64,000 bases of DNA, from positions 354-64,353 of the forward strand of contig JASMLK010000115.1 in assembly GCA_030748735.1 (NCBI GenBank). The letters are read 5' to 3'. The notes under the pieces were generated by a model. That model had not been told where the DNA came from and searched no databases. It saw only the letters and a list, made by a program, of their open reading frames with translations. Of the stretch, positions 1-10,242 are shown piece after piece. How positions within the stretch are numbered: the first letter of the stretch is position 1; every line of letters starts with the position of its first letter. The position numbers and the translations under genes were made by a program. Source of the stretch: Myxococcota bacterium. Lineage in GTDB: Bacteria > Myxococcota_A > UBA9160 > UBA4427.

Positions 1-209
1 GACTGCGTCGCCGCAGCTGCCCAGGTCAGCGCGATGAGCGGTTCGATGATGTAGGCCGAAGGTGGATAGGCCGCGCTCTTCGGCACGGCGAGATGGTCGC
101 TCACCCATACGTCGGCGAAGCCGAGTTCTTCGGCCTGCTTCGCTGCCGCCTGGATCGAAGCGGGCGATGCGGCAGGCCCGGCTTGTGGCAGGTGGATCCC
201 AAACTTCAT
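1..209 (-). CDS. LLM-class (luciferase-like) oxidoreductase, N-terminal part; the gene runs off the left edge of the window
   Basis: Reverse strand from ATG (209-207) reads MKFGIHLPQAGPAASPASIQAAAKQAEELGFADVWVSDHLAVPK..., a typical luciferase-like monooxygenase N-terminus. It is absent from the ORF track because it has no stop inside the window. Confidence 0.6.
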   Translation of the reverse strand, partial: MKFGIHLPQAGPAASPASIQAAAKQAEELGFADVWVSDHLAVPKSAAYPPSAYIIEPLIALTWAAAATQ

Positions 210-447
210 GACGCTTCTCCTCCCCTTTGCGATCGAACAAACCTACGCCATCGCGACCCCACGTTGAAGAACCGCACGCATGCTTGAACGCGGAGGCGAA
301 TGGCCCCGACGAGATCCGACATATCCGCGCCGCGATTTCGCGCTGCATTGCCCTTGAACGCGACAAAGCTGGGTACCTATGATCGCCACGCAGACGTACC
401 GGTCTTCGGCAACGCCTGCGACTCGAAACGTGGGGAGGCGAAACGAA

Positions 448-1470
448 GTGAAAGCCCTGGTTCTCGGCGGATCCCAATTCGTTGGCCTGCACACCGTGCG
501 CGAACTCGTCGCGAGAGGTCACGACGTTACGGTGCTCAATCGCGGAAAGACCGAAACCATCCTTCCGGAGGGCGTCGACCGCCTTGTCGCCGACCGCCGC
601 GACGCCGAGTCGATGAAGGCTGCTCTCGAAAGCAAGAGCTGGGACGCCGTGTTCGACGTTTCGGGTTTCATCATGGTCGCGATGGGCTCAGCCATGACCG
701 ACCTGATCGATCTGCTCGATGGAAACGTCGGCGCGTACGTGTACACGAGTTCGATCATGGCCTACGCACCAACCGGAGTGTGCCCGTGGACCGAAGACCT
801 GCCCACCGTCGACGAAGGGCCGAACACCTACGGCGGCTTCAAGAAGGTCTACGAAGAGGCGCTGCTCGAACGGCATGCGCAGAGCGGCTTTCCCGCTTCG
901 ATCGTGCGTCCGGCGGCGATCTATGGCCCCGACAACAATATCTATGACATGGAAATGTCGTACTTCCTGCGGCTGCTGCGCGGCCTTCCAATCATCCTGC
1001 CCCACGACGGACTGGTCACGGGATCTTACGGCCATGTCGACGACCTGTGCCGCGCCATGGTCGACATGGCAACCCATCCGAAGGCAGCGGGTGAAGTCTT
1101 CAACATCACGGCCGAGGGCGTGACGGCGAATGAATACGTGTCCGTCTTGAGCGAGGTCGTCGGCAAGCCGGCCGACATCGTGCCGATGCCTTCATCCCAT
1201 GTCGGCAAACTCGAGAAGCCCGCCTACAACCACCTGTTCGGCGCCGCTCACCACGCCGTGCTGAGCATCCAGAAGGCAAAGGACGTACTCGGCTTCACCC
1301 CCGAATACGACTTCCGTGCCGGGCACACCCAGACGTTCGAATGGTTCATGGAAGCCGACCTCGCGAACACCAAGGAAGCCCCGGTGGACCCACTCTGGTT
1401 CGCCAGCTACGACTTCGACTACGAGGCCCGGCTCGCGGAAACACTTCGGGAGGAAAGTCATGGCGGGTGA
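448..1470 (+). CDS. NAD-dependent epimerase/dehydratase family protein (extended SDR)
   Basis: ORF 379..1470. GTG at 448 follows GGGGAGG and gives VKALVLGGSQFVGLHTVRELVARGHDV (GxxGxxG Rossmann N-terminus). YxxxK-type core (YGGFKKVYE). Confidence 0.8.
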   Translation: MKALVLGGSQFVGLHTVRELVARGHDVTVLNRGKTETILPEGVDRLVADRRDAESMKAALESKSWDAVFDVSGFIMVAMGSAMTDLIDLLDGNVGAYVYTSSIMAYAPTGVCPWTEDLPTVDEGPNTYGGFKKVYEEALLERHAQSGFPASIVRPAAIYGPDNNIYDMEMSYFLRLLRGLPIILPHDGLVTGSYGHVDDLCRAMVDMATHPKAAGEVFNITAEGVTANEYVSVLSEVVGKPADIVPMPSSHVGKLEKPAYNHLFGAAHHAVLSIQKAKDVLGFTPEYDFRAGHTQTFEWFMEADLANTKEAPVDPLWFASYDFDYEARLAETLREESHGG

Positions 1471-1867
1471 TGCCGAGATCGAGATCGCGAAGAAGCTGTT
1501 TGCCGCGTGGAGCAGTGGGGATGTCGATGCGCCGGCTGAGTTCCTGACCGAGGACGCCGTCCTGCTCGACATCGTCGCCGGCGAACCGAAAGAAGGCTGG
1601 CCCGCCATTCGCGAGTTCTTCGGCATGACCCTGAAGGTCTTTCCGACTGTCGTACTCGCGCCAGACGCGTTCTGGGTCAACGAAACCGGTCTGGCCGTGC
1701 GATGGCACATGAGCGCAGTTGCGGGAGAGACGTTTCCCGAGCACGTCCGCGGCAAGAAGTGGCGCTCGGACGGGATGTCGACCCTCGAATTTCGCGGCGA
1801 CAAGGTCTGCCGTGAAGTCGACTACCACCACGGCCCCAACGTGCTTCGCTCGCTCGGACTCGGCTGA
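1460..1867 (+). CDS. SnoaL-like / NTF2-fold protein
   Basis: ATG at 1460 overlaps the upstream stop (ATGGCGGGTGA). MAGDAEIEIAKKLFAAWSSGDVDAPAEFLTEDAVLLD... is the typical SnoaL/NTF2 pattern. Confidence 0.75.
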   Translation: MAGDAEIEIAKKLFAAWSSGDVDAPAEFLTEDAVLLDIVAGEPKEGWPAIREFFGMTLKVFPTVVLAPDAFWVNETGLAVRWHMSAVAGETFPEHVRGKKWRSDGMSTLEFRGDKVCREVDYHHGPNVLRSLGLG

Positions 1868-1887
1868 ATAGCCAGCCGACGAATCGG

Positions 1888-3066
1888 TCAGTCGGGCTCT
1901 TCGACGCCTGGATAGGGTCCGGCGATCACGCATTCGAGCAAGCCCAGGCCCGTCTCTTCGGGATCATCGAGGTTGGTGAAACGCGCGAACGTTTCCGCCC
2001 AACTCCCCTTCGATTGCGGAATGGGGTTGCCCTCGAGATCGCGCACCCGGGTCGGATGCGAAACGTCCCACACCTCGCCCTCGAGGTGATCTTCGCCGCG
2101 GAAGATCCCGCGCCCGAGTCCGTCGTCGAAGCCGCGCCAGTAGCCACCACCCTGCATGTAGAGCGGATGGCTCACGACTTCCATCGCGAAACGATCCACC
2201 TTGCCGCTGTACTTCTCGAACGCGATGACGGCGCGCTCCAGACGCCGAAGGCCCCTGCTGAAGTCCGCGGATTCGACGGTGGCGCGCTTGTACGCCGAGC
2301 CCGGTCGCTCCGTCTCGTACGGATACTCGATGCGACTCTTGAAGACGGTGTTGTCACCTTCGTTGCTGTGATGCAGCCAGTAGTAGATGGAGCGCTCGGG
2401 GAAACGAACCAGTGACCAATGCCGCATTCCGAAAGCGGGCTTGCTACTCGGATGCACCTTCCCGCCGGGCGGGGCCACGAACTTGCCGATCTTGCCACCG
2501 GTGCCCGAATCTCCGCCGAGCCCCCACGAATGATCGCGTGCACCGACCCAGTCGGGGCCGACCTCGAAGCGGCGATCGCCGACCTGGATCGTTCCACTCA
2601 CGTGTCCGAGCTGGATGTAGTTCGACCGCTGAAAGGCCACGCGGCCATCGACGACGCCGATCTGCCCCGGCGTTTCGTCCCACGCCGGCGCCGCGGATTC
2701 CCAGAGCAGATCGAACTCGATGCCGTGTTCGTTTTCACGGCAGCCGAAACGAAACGTGCGCAGGCCTTCGATGATCTCCATCCAAAGCGGGCCCGCGTCG
2801 ATCTCGTCGATTCGGGGACGCAGCACACGGCTCGCGCGCAGGTTGTACTGCCTGCCGTCGTCGAGGCTGAGACACGCGTAGCCGTCCGCAACGTTGGTGT
2901 TCTGGTAGAAGCGGATGGCGGTGATGAGATTGACCTTGCCATCGGGATCGCCGACACAGTTCCAATAGCCATCGCTCCAGTTCTGGGCCGCAGTTTCGAC
3001 CGAATCGAAGGTGTCGATCGTTTGATGTAGCGGCCATTCGTCGAGCTTCGTCAGTCTTCTCGCCAA
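1888..3066 (-). CDS. Conserved hypothetical protein (about 390 aa), family not recognised
   Basis: Long ORF 1888..3123. The TTG at 3066 is preceded by GGGAGGAA and is the better start. Codon usage looks coding and there is no competing ORF. Confidence 0.65.
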   Translation of the reverse strand: MARRLTKLDEWPLHQTIDTFDSVETAAQNWSDGYWNCVGDPDGKVNLITAIRFYQNTNVADGYACLSLDDGRQYNLRASRVLRPRIDEIDAGPLWMEIIEGLRTFRFGCRENEHGIEFDLLWESAAPAWDETPGQIGVVDGRVAFQRSNYIQLGHVSGTIQVGDRRFEVGPDWVGARDHSWGLGGDSGTGGKIGKFVAPPGGKVHPSSKPAFGMRHWSLVRFPERSIYYWLHHSNEGDNTVFKSRIEYPYETERPGSAYKRATVESADFSRGLRRLERAVIAFEKYSGKVDRFAMEVVSHPLYMQGGGYWRGFDDGLGRGIFRGEDHLEGEVWDVSHPTRVRDLEGNPIPQSKGSWAETFARFTNLDDPEETGLGLLECVIAGPYPGVEEPD

Positions 3067-3270
3067 GCGTCCGTTCCTCCCGAGGCAAAGCGCGTATTGC
3101 GCGCCCAGCCTACCAGAGCGCAACGCATGAGAACGATCTCGTTCGTGTCTTTATCGCTCCAGGCAACGCAATCGACCGCGATGCAACACGAAGCCCACCT
3201 TCGCGTTGGCGCACCCCGCGCAACTGGGGCAGCTTTGCCGACCCACCCAACGCCGACCACAGGAGCCCCC

Positions 3271-3783
3271 ATGTCCCAGTTCAACTACGACGACGTCACG
3301 CAGTACGGACTCGACCAGGACAAGCTCGAGGAGATCCTCGAAAAGCAGATCGAGTGCACGTTCATCTGGGGCCCGAAGGACCACTGGGCCGTCGGCGTGT
3401 TGATGACGTACATCTGGAAGGACGGGAGCTTCTGGGTCAGCGCGACCCGGCAACGCGCGCGGATCGCGGCGATCAAGCGCGACCCGCGCGTGTCGGTCGT
3501 CGTCTCGAGCCACGGCACCGACCTCGGCCCCGCCAAGGGAATTACCGCAAAGGGCCGCGCGATCATCCACGACGACGATGAAACGAAGGCCTGGTTCTAC
3601 CCCGCCTGCGCAGCAGTCAACATCCCCACCCCGGGCAAACTGCAAGACGCATTCGCGCAGATGATGGACACGGAGAAGCGACTCGTGATCGAAGTCGTGC
3701 CCGAGAAGTGGATCACCTTCGACGCCACGAAGATGATGATGGCGTCCATCGAGGCGTGGAAGAAAGAAGGCATCCTCGACTGA
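3271..3783 (+). CDS. Pyridoxamine 5'-phosphate oxidase (PPOX/FMN-binding split barrel) family protein
   Basis: ATG 3271 follows AGGAGCCCCC. The sequence pattern (GPKDHWAVGVLMTYIWKDGSFWVSATRQRARIAAIKRDPRVSVVV) is typical of the PPOX class. Confidence 0.7.
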   Translation: MSQFNYDDVTQYGLDQDKLEEILEKQIECTFIWGPKDHWAVGVLMTYIWKDGSFWVSATRQRARIAAIKRDPRVSVVVSSHGTDLGPAKGITAKGRAIIHDDDETKAWFYPACAAVNIPTPGKLQDAFAQMMDTEKRLVIEVVPEKWITFDATKMMMASIEAWKKEGILD

Positions 3784-3810
3784 GCCGGGACGAAACCCGC
3801 CGCGCTCGCG

Positions 3811-4755
3811 CTAGAGGATCTTGTCCGCGAGCCGCTTCAACGCCGAAAGATGGATGCAGGTGCCGATCGCGAGCAGGTTGGGGGCCAGGCACTCGCGGCG
3901 GTGATAGATGCCGAGCGCCGTCTGGTCGATGCATGCGCCCTTGAAGAGATTGATCGCGATCCAGTAAAAGAGCCGATCGCGGTCGAGTTCGACGCCGACC
4001 TGATCCGCGAGATATGCCACCCACGCGTCTTCGTCCATCACGCCCATCCCCCGCATCGAGATGAGGTAGGCCCAGTCTTCGTCCGGGTCGCCGATGTGGG
4101 TGAATTCCCAATCGACCAATGCGCGGAGCGCACCGTCCTCGTGGAGATAGTTGCCCGGCCCGGGGTCGCCATGTACGAGGGTCGAGCGGGCGGTTTCGGG
4201 AGCGTTGTTCCGCAACCACTGCGCCGCTTCTTCGATCAGCGGTGACGGCTCGCCGATCAGGTTCGCGCGGTAGACGTCGTACCAGCGCTGGATCTGCAAG
4301 AGCGCCGCATCGCAAGGCCCATCTGGCACCGGGTAGAAGTCGACGCCGACGTCCGCGTAGTCGATGCGATGAAGTTCCGCGAGCGCGTCGACATAGGGGT
4401 CGAGGCTTTCGCGCGTAAAGACACTCGTCCCCTCGACGAAGTCCATCACGAAGAACGGTTGGCCGAGCACGTCCGGGGTCGGGTCGTACGCGATGACGCC
4501 GGCCACCGGATACCCCGCAGCGTGAAGTGCGCGCATCACCTGGACCTCGTCACGGCTATCGCTGCCGAGCAGCCCCCATTGCTCGACGCGAACGACGACT
4601 TTGCGCAGCCCTCGGGCCTTGCCTTCGAGGTCGGCGATGTACATCGCCCGCGACTGGCCCATCGAGATGCGTCCCACGATGGTCACCGTGCACGGGTCGC
4701 CAAGTTCGCTGCCGAGGTATTCCTCGAGCTTCGAGAGTCTCTCGGGTGAGATCAT
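3811..4755 (-). CDS. Phosphotransferase (APH/choline-kinase-like) family protein
   Basis: ORF 3811..4953 with the likely start MISPERL at 4755. Catalytic motifs are LVHGDPGPGNYL (HxDxxxxN) and DWEFTHIGDPDEDWAY (DxE). Confidence 0.8.
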   Translation of the reverse strand: MISPERLSKLEEYLGSELGDPCTVTIVGRISMGQSRAMYIADLEGKARGLRKVVVRVEQWGLLGSDSRDEVQVMRALHAAGYPVAGVIAYDPTPDVLGQPFFVMDFVEGTSVFTRESLDPYVDALAELHRIDYADVGVDFYPVPDGPCDAALLQIQRWYDVYRANLIGEPSPLIEEAAQWLRNNAPETARSTLVHGDPGPGNYLHEDGALRALVDWEFTHIGDPDEDWAYLISMRGMGVMDEDAWVAYLADQVGVELDRDRLFYWIAINLFKGACIDQTALGIYHRRECLAPNLLAIGTCIHLSALKRLADKIL

Positions 4756-5195
4756 TGCGAGCCCGCCATGTTGCGCGCGAAAGCGGAGAACAACCCGATC
4801 GTGCGGCCGAACTCGGCGTCGAGCTGACCCCGCAAGATCGGGTGCAAGGTGGCGCGCACCTTGTCCGCCGTGTCGCCGCCGATGTCCTGGCATGCCACGA
4901 GGAGCTTCGATGCCGCTTCGAACGGTGACGCTTCGGCAAGAGCCTCGGCCCACTGCGGCGCCGTTTCACCCGCAAGGATCTCGCGGGCCTCGTCGACCGC
5001 GCCTTGAAGCTCGACACGACGGCCTTCGTTCAAGTCCTCGCTCAGCAGGTGCTTGACGTACTCGAGGGAACCCACGACCAACTCGGCGCTGTAGCGGGGC
5101 CACTCACCGTCGACACTCGGGGCGACGATGTCTCGCAGTGATTCGATGCAAGAATCGAGAATCGTTTCGACGTCGGGAGCAACAGGTAGCGTCAT
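4752..5195 (-). CDS. Hypothetical helical protein, translationally coupled to the downstream phosphotransferase
   Basis: 147-aa ORF. Its stop overlaps the kinase start (ATGA at 4752-4755). Confidence 0.55.
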   Translation of the reverse strand: MTLPVAPDVETILDSCIESLRDIVAPSVDGEWPRYSAELVVGSLEYVKHLLSEDLNEGRRVELQGAVDEAREILAGETAPQWAEALAEASPFEAASKLLVACQDIGGDTADKVRATLHPILRGQLDAEFGRTIGLFSAFARNMAGSQ

Positions 5196-5234
5196 CGCAC
5201 TTCTCCGCTGGGCAGTTCATGTAGTGAGGTGTCG

Positions 5235-5699
5235 TCAAGCGCCGGTGACGGCGCCTCGTTCCTCGGGGCTCATGGCTCTTCGTGCATCGAGATGGGCCTT
5301 CCAGTCGTCGCACATCCCCTGGGGCCCCTTCCAGTAGTCGATCTCGAGGCTCACCTTTCCATCGCGATACTCGAGACGCGACATCCCCTCGCCGCACAGA
5401 TATCGCCCGCGGTTCTCTGCGCCGTGGTTGTCGTCGGTGATCTCGATGTAGGCCATCCACGTGAGCGAAAGGCCGCGCTCGTTCAAGAAGTACTCTTCGG
5501 GCATCACCTTCAACACGGCCGCCACCGGAGTGAAGAAGTTCTTGATCGCTTGATGTCCGCGCATGGCTTCGGGGTGGCCGAGGATGTCGCGCATCACGGC
5601 GTCGTCGGTCATGAACGCCAGGGGAGCCTCGGGCGTCCCTCCGCTCCACCCGTCTTCGAAGAGTTGGCGCGCCAGTTCGATCTTTTCCGCATCCGTCAT
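5235..5699 (-). CDS. SnoaL-like / NTF2-fold protein
   Basis: MTDAEKIELARQLFEDGWSGG...FMTDDAVMRD...G, the SnoaL polyketide-cyclase-like pattern. Confidence 0.75.
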   Translation of the reverse strand: MTDAEKIELARQLFEDGWSGGTPEAPLAFMTDDAVMRDILGHPEAMRGHQAIKNFFTPVAAVLKVMPEEYFLNERGLSLTWMAYIEITDDNHGAENRGRYLCGEGMSRLEYRDGKVSLEIDYWKGPQGMCDDWKAHLDARRAMSPEERGAVTGA

Positions 5700-5898
5700 G
5701 ACATCGTCCTTCCTCGAGGCAGCGCCAACCCTAAGAGATCACGCAAGGGGCGTCACGGCCATGTCTTTCTTCGACGCTTTGTTGTCGAGTTGCGTCACGA
5801 GAAGAAGATGATCTGCCGGCGCAGCCACGGGCGTTCGGGTTGGGGACCGCGCGGGCGATCGTTAGCATCGCGTGGACACTTCCAATGGAGATTCCGTC

Positions 5899-6726
5899 AT
5901 GGCCGATCCCAGCACCCCACTCCTCGCAGGCAAGGTCGCCGTCGTGCTCGGCGCTTCGAGCGGCATCGGCTGGGCCACCGCCGAACGCTTTGCCGAACAC
6001 GGTGCCAAGGTCGTGGTGGCGGCCCGGCGGCTCGAAAACCTCGAAAAGCTGGCCGCTCGAGTCGACGGCGTCGCGGTGCAATGCGACGGCAGCGACTTCG
6101 GGCAACTCGAAGCCCTCGCCCAGACGACCCTCGAACGCTTCGGCTCGATCGACGTCGCGGTCAATTCCGCTGGGCTCAACCGCCCCTGCCCCATCAAGGA
6201 CATCACCCCCGAAGTCATGCACGAAGTCGCTGACATCCAGTTCTTCGGGGCGACGTACTTCATGCGCCACTTCGCCAACGCCATGGCGGAAACGGGTGGC
6301 GGCTCCCTCATCAACGTCACCTCGGCCACCGCGATCGCGGTCCCGGTTTCGCTTGCGCCCTACGCGGGGGCAAAGGCCGGCATCAACTTCATCACCAAGG
6401 TCGCGGCGCGTGAATACGGCCCCGACCAGGTTCGCGTCAACGCACTCGCGCCGTCGTTCGTCCCGACCGCGATGAACGGCTTCGGGGGAATGACGCCGGT
6501 GGACGAGGCGCGCGTCGAGATCAACGAGGAGGCACCGATCGCTCAGGCCTTTCTCGACGAAACGCCGATCGCCCGCGTGATCACCGTCGACGAGTGTGCC
6601 GACGTCGCGCTCTTCCTGGCGAGCGACCTCTCTTCGTCGATGACCGGCCAGGTGATTCCGGTGGATGGCGGGAACCATCTCTGCAGGCTCCCCAACTTCG
6701 GCCCCGCGCCGCGGCGGCGAAACTAG
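5899..6726 (+). CDS. SDR family oxidoreductase
   Basis: ORF 5872..6726. ATG 5899 lies 8 nt after GGAG. Motifs: GKVAVVLGASSGIG (TGxxxGIG), NSAG, YAGAKAG (YxxxK). Confidence 0.85.
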   Translation: MADPSTPLLAGKVAVVLGASSGIGWATAERFAEHGAKVVVAARRLENLEKLAARVDGVAVQCDGSDFGQLEALAQTTLERFGSIDVAVNSAGLNRPCPIKDITPEVMHEVADIQFFGATYFMRHFANAMAETGGGSLINVTSATAIAVPVSLAPYAGAKAGINFITKVAAREYGPDQVRVNALAPSFVPTAMNGFGGMTPVDEARVEINEEAPIAQAFLDETPIARVITVDECADVALFLASDLSSSMTGQVIPVDGGNHLCRLPNFGPAPRRRN

Positions 6727-7022
6727 ACGGCCCCCAGCCCTGAAGCGTCACGCGCTGCGCTCGTGATCACACACGCCGCACCCCATCGGCACGTCCGCCA
6801 TTCAGATTCGTGCCCGATCGATACAGAATCAACATCGTCTGCAGTCCGACGCGTCGGCGGGTGCAATCACACGGCCCCGCTTGTACCGTCCCGTTCGGAT
6901 CGCGGAACCGATCCCACCTGGATGGTTCCCCTTCCTACGGGACCGACGGCATCTCCTTCGCCCCGCCCATCCGAAACGAGACTTCTGGCTCAAGATCAAC
7001 CACGAGGCACGCTTTGCACTGC

Positions 7023-7826
7023 TTGACTCGCTCTAGTCGCATCGCGTCAGTCGCACTGACCGCGCTGACCACCGTCGCGATGTTGTTAACAACCGTTGCG
7101 CCCGCATTCGCCGAAGGTCTCGACGAAGCCCTCACTGCCGAGGTCAAGGGGACCGAAGCATCGGCCAACTCGCAGCGGCGCATCGACAAGATCTCGACGC
7201 AGACCGACGAGATGGCGACGCAGTACCGGCAGATCCTCGAAGAGATCGATGGGTTGCGTTCCTACAACACCCAACTCGACCGTCTGCTCGGCGCACAGGA
7301 AAGTGAACTCGCGTCGCTGCGCGAACAGATCGACAACGTCACCGGCATCGGTCGCCAGATGACCCCGCTCATGCTGCGCATGCTCGATCGCCTCGAAGAG
7401 TTCATCCAGCTCGACATTCCACTGCACAAGCAGGAACGCGAAGACCGGATCGAGCGGCTGCGCGACATGATGAACCGCGCCGACGTCACCAACGCCGAGA
7501 AGTACCGCCGGATCATGGAAGCCTTCCAGATCGAGAACGAGTACGGCCGCACGGTCGAGGCATACAAGGAAACGATGGAGATCGACGGCGAGGAGCGCAC
7601 CTTGGAGTTCCTGTCGTTCGGGCGGGTCGCGTTGATCTATCAATCACTCGACGGTGAGCAGGCGGCCTTCTGGGACCAACGCACGCGCTCCTGGATTCCG
7701 CTCCCCGATGCCTACAAGAGCGCCGTGAAGAAGGGCCTGCGCGTTGCGCAGAAGCAGACGGCTCCAGATCTCGTGAGGCTGCCCGTCCCAGCACCGGTTG
7801 CAGCGAGCGGAGGTGCGGCGCAATGA
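7023..7826 (+). CDS. ttpB: DUF3450-type coiled-coil periplasmic protein, first gene of the TonB2-type cluster (TtpB-like)
   Basis: ORF 6810..7826. The in-frame TTG at 7023 gives a signal peptide (TRSSRIASVALTALTTVAMLLTTVAPAFA/EG). The coiled-coil body and the C-terminal part (RIMEAFQIENEYGRTVEAY...EFLSFGRVALIY) match my recollection of DUF3450. The stop overlaps the next start. Confidence 0.7.
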   Translation: MTRSSRIASVALTALTTVAMLLTTVAPAFAEGLDEALTAEVKGTEASANSQRRIDKISTQTDEMATQYRQILEEIDGLRSYNTQLDRLLGAQESELASLREQIDNVTGIGRQMTPLMLRMLDRLEEFIQLDIPLHKQEREDRIERLRDMMNRADVTNAEKYRRIMEAFQIENEYGRTVEAYKETMEIDGEERTLEFLSFGRVALIYQSLDGEQAAFWDQRTRSWIPLPDAYKSAVKKGLRVAQKQTAPDLVRLPVPAPVAASGGAAQ

Positions 7827-9265
7827 GCACGCTGAATCCGTTCGACACCCGTAGCCCACGTAGCGCCCCGACTTGCGAGCGAGCTCGCACCCGGTGGCGC
7901 GCCGTGCTTGCGGGCCTGACCGCCGCCCTGGTCCTGACCCCGGTTTCACCATGGATCTCCACGGCATCCGCCACGGAACCTGCAGCCAGCCTCGACGAAC
8001 TCCTCGAGCGCGTGCAGAGCAACTGGCGCAAGGAGCAGGCGACCAACCGCAAGCGCGAGCAGGAATTCAAAGCAGCGCGCGACAACCAGGCGCAGCTTCT
8101 CAAAGAAGCCATCGCAACACGCGACGCCGAGGCCGCGCGCAGTGCAGACCTCGAAAAGAAGTTCGAGACCGGTGAAATCGCTCTCGCCGAACACGAGGAG
8201 ATCCTGGCGAGCCGGCTCGGCAACCTCGGCGAACTCTTCGGTGTGGTGCGACAGGTCGCGGGCGACACGGCGGGGCTGGTGAACGCTTCGTTGATCAGCT
8301 CCCAGTTCCCCGACCGCGAGGCCTTCCTCCGCGAGTTGGGGCAGAGCAAGTCGCTCCCGGCGGTCGAAGACCTCGAAAAGCTCTACGGCTCCCTGCTCGA
8401 GGAAATGATCGAGTCTGGCAAGGTCGTGCGATACACGGCGCCCGTCGTCGCGGTCGACGGTGAGCAACACCAGGAGGAAGTCGTCCGCGTCGGTGCCTTC
8501 AACGTCGTGACGGAAGGCGAGTTCCTCGTCTGGTCACCCGAAACGCGCAAGCTCGCCGCGCTGGGCCGACAGCCCTCCGGCAAGTACCTCGCGACCGCGA
8601 AAGAAATCGAAGGCCTGCAGAGCGGTCATGCGCCGTTCGCGTTGGATCCGGCACGCGGCGCGACACTCCAGGTCTTGATCAAGACCCCGTCGTTTTCCGA
8701 GCGCATCCAGTTCGGGGGTGCTGTCGGTTACACGATCATCGGGATCGGCATCATCACGTTCTTGATCGGTCTCCTGCGACTCGCCACGCTCTTCATGACC
8801 AGCGCGAAGGTGAAGGCGCAGCGCAACAACCCCAACGACCCCGGCAACAACCCGCTCGGCCGCGTTCTCTCGGTCGGCAAGGAATACGCTTCGGGCGACG
8901 TCGAGACCCTGGAACTCAAGATGGAGGAAGCGATCCTCCAGGAAACCGCGAAGCTCGAACGCTTCTTGTGGCTGATCAAGGTCGTGAGCGCCGTCGCGCC
9001 GCTGATGGGCCTGCTCGGCACGGTCACCGGCATGATCCGCACGTTCCAGATCATCACGCTGTTCGGTACCGGTGACCCGAAGCTCATGGCGGGTGGCATC
9101 TCGGAAGCGCTGGTGACCACCATGCTGGGCCTGCTCGCGGCGATCCCGCTCGTGCTGCTCCACAGCTGGCTCACGAGCATCAGCAAGGGCGTTTCGGACG
9201 TGCTCGAAGAACAAGGCACCGGCATCGTCGCCGCGCAGGCGGAGGTCGGCGGAGGAGCACCGTGA
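7823..9265 (+). CDS. ttpC: MotA/TolQ/ExbB proton-channel family protein with a long N-terminal coiled-coil domain (TtpC-like)
   Basis: 480 aa. The C-terminus (APLMGLLGTVTGMIRTF...ISEALVTTMLGLLAAIP) is the MotA/TolQ/ExbB signature. ATGA overlap upstream and GTGA overlap downstream. Confidence 0.85.
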   Translation: MSTLNPFDTRSPRSAPTCERARTRWRAVLAGLTAALVLTPVSPWISTASATEPAASLDELLERVQSNWRKEQATNRKREQEFKAARDNQAQLLKEAIATRDAEAARSADLEKKFETGEIALAEHEEILASRLGNLGELFGVVRQVAGDTAGLVNASLISSQFPDREAFLRELGQSKSLPAVEDLEKLYGSLLEEMIESGKVVRYTAPVVAVDGEQHQEEVVRVGAFNVVTEGEFLVWSPETRKLAALGRQPSGKYLATAKEIEGLQSGHAPFALDPARGATLQVLIKTPSFSERIQFGGAVGYTIIGIGIITFLIGLLRLATLFMTSAKVKAQRNNPNDPGNNPLGRVLSVGKEYASGDVETLELKMEEAILQETAKLERFLWLIKVVSAVAPLMGLLGTVTGMIRTFQIITLFGTGDPKLMAGGISEALVTTMLGLLAAIPLVLLHSWLTSISKGVSDVLEEQGTGIVAAQAEVGGGAP

Positions 9266-9840
9266 TCTTGCGCCTCACTCAGCTCACCGAAGTCGTCGGA
9301 GACTTCATGGAAGCGGGCGGGAACGTCCTGTGGGCGATCTCGGCCGTGACCTTCCTGATGTGGATCTTGATCCTCGAGCGTGAGTGGTATTTCCATCTCG
9401 TCTATCCACGGGATCTCGAGCGCATGATCGAGACCTGGAACCAACGCAGCGACCGCGCTTCGTGGTACGCAGCCGCGATCAAGCGGCGCATGATCGCCGA
9501 GCTGAGCGAGAAGCTCACCCATGCCCTGCTCCAGATCCGCACGCTGGTCGCGGTTTGTCCCTTGCTCGGGCTGCTCGGCACCGTCACGGGGATGATCCAG
9601 GTATTCGACGTGATGGCGCTGGCGGGCAGCGGCAACGCGCGGGCCATGGCATCGGGTGTGAGCCTCGCAACCATTCCGACGATGGCGGGCATGGTGGCCG
9701 CGCTATCGGGGCTTTACTTCGCCCATCAGTTGGAACGGTTCGCGAAGACCCAGATCCAGATCGCGTCTGATCAGTTGATCACGAGCCACGACCGGGAAGC
9801 GCCAGCCGCAACCCGCACGAGTGACGACGATGCGTTTTAG
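9262..9840 (+). CDS. exbB: ExbB/TolQ family proton channel
   Basis: 192 aa with LLGLLGTVTGMIQVF...GVSLATIPTMAGMVAA signature. Position in the cluster supports the call. Confidence 0.85.
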   Translation: MILRLTQLTEVVGDFMEAGGNVLWAISAVTFLMWILILEREWYFHLVYPRDLERMIETWNQRSDRASWYAAAIKRRMIAELSEKLTHALLQIRTLVAVCPLLGLLGTVTGMIQVFDVMALAGSGNARAMASGVSLATIPTMAGMVAALSGLYFAHQLERFAKTQIQIASDQLITSHDREAPAATRTSDDDAF

Positions 9841-10234
9841 AAAGTCCAAACCGAAAGACGATGTCGACGTCGACATGACCCCGATGCTCGACGTCGTCTT
9901 CATCATGTTGATCTTCTTCATCGTCACGACATCGTTCGTGAAGGAGTCGGGCCTCGACGTGAGTCGCCCCGACGCCGCAACCACCGAAAAGAAGGAGCGT
10001 GGCAACATCCTCGTCCGCATCGCTCACAACGACCAGGTCTGGATCGACCGCCGCATGGTCGATGTTCGCGCCATTCGTCCTCACATCGAAAGGATGCACG
10101 CCGAAAACCCGAACGGTTCGGTCGTGATTCAGGCAGACCCCAATTCGAGCAACGGCCTGCTGGTCCGCGTGATGGACGCCGCCAAGCTCGCCGGCGTGCA
10201 CAACGTCTCGCTCGCAGCCCAGGTGGTTCAGTAG
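9830..10234 (+). CDS. exbD: ExbD/TolR family biopolymer transport protein
   Basis: MRFRKSKPKDDVDVDMTPMLDVVFIMLIFFIV, the typical ExbD N-terminus. An alternative start exists at 9821. Confidence 0.85.
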   Translation: MRFRKSKPKDDVDVDMTPMLDVVFIMLIFFIVTTSFVKESGLDVSRPDAATTEKKERGNILVRIAHNDQVWIDRRMVDVRAIRPHIERMHAENPNGSVVIQADPNSSNGLLVRVMDAAKLAGVHNVSLAAQVVQ

Positions 10235-10242
10235 GGCTCGCC

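Noticed and set aside
300-947. Alternative-frame ORFs overlapping annotated genes throughout the window (e.g. 300..947, 5229..6233, 42202..44439, 36623..37720).
   Set aside because: They have Arg-rich, shadow-ORF composition and overlap genes with clear family motifs on the same or opposite strand.
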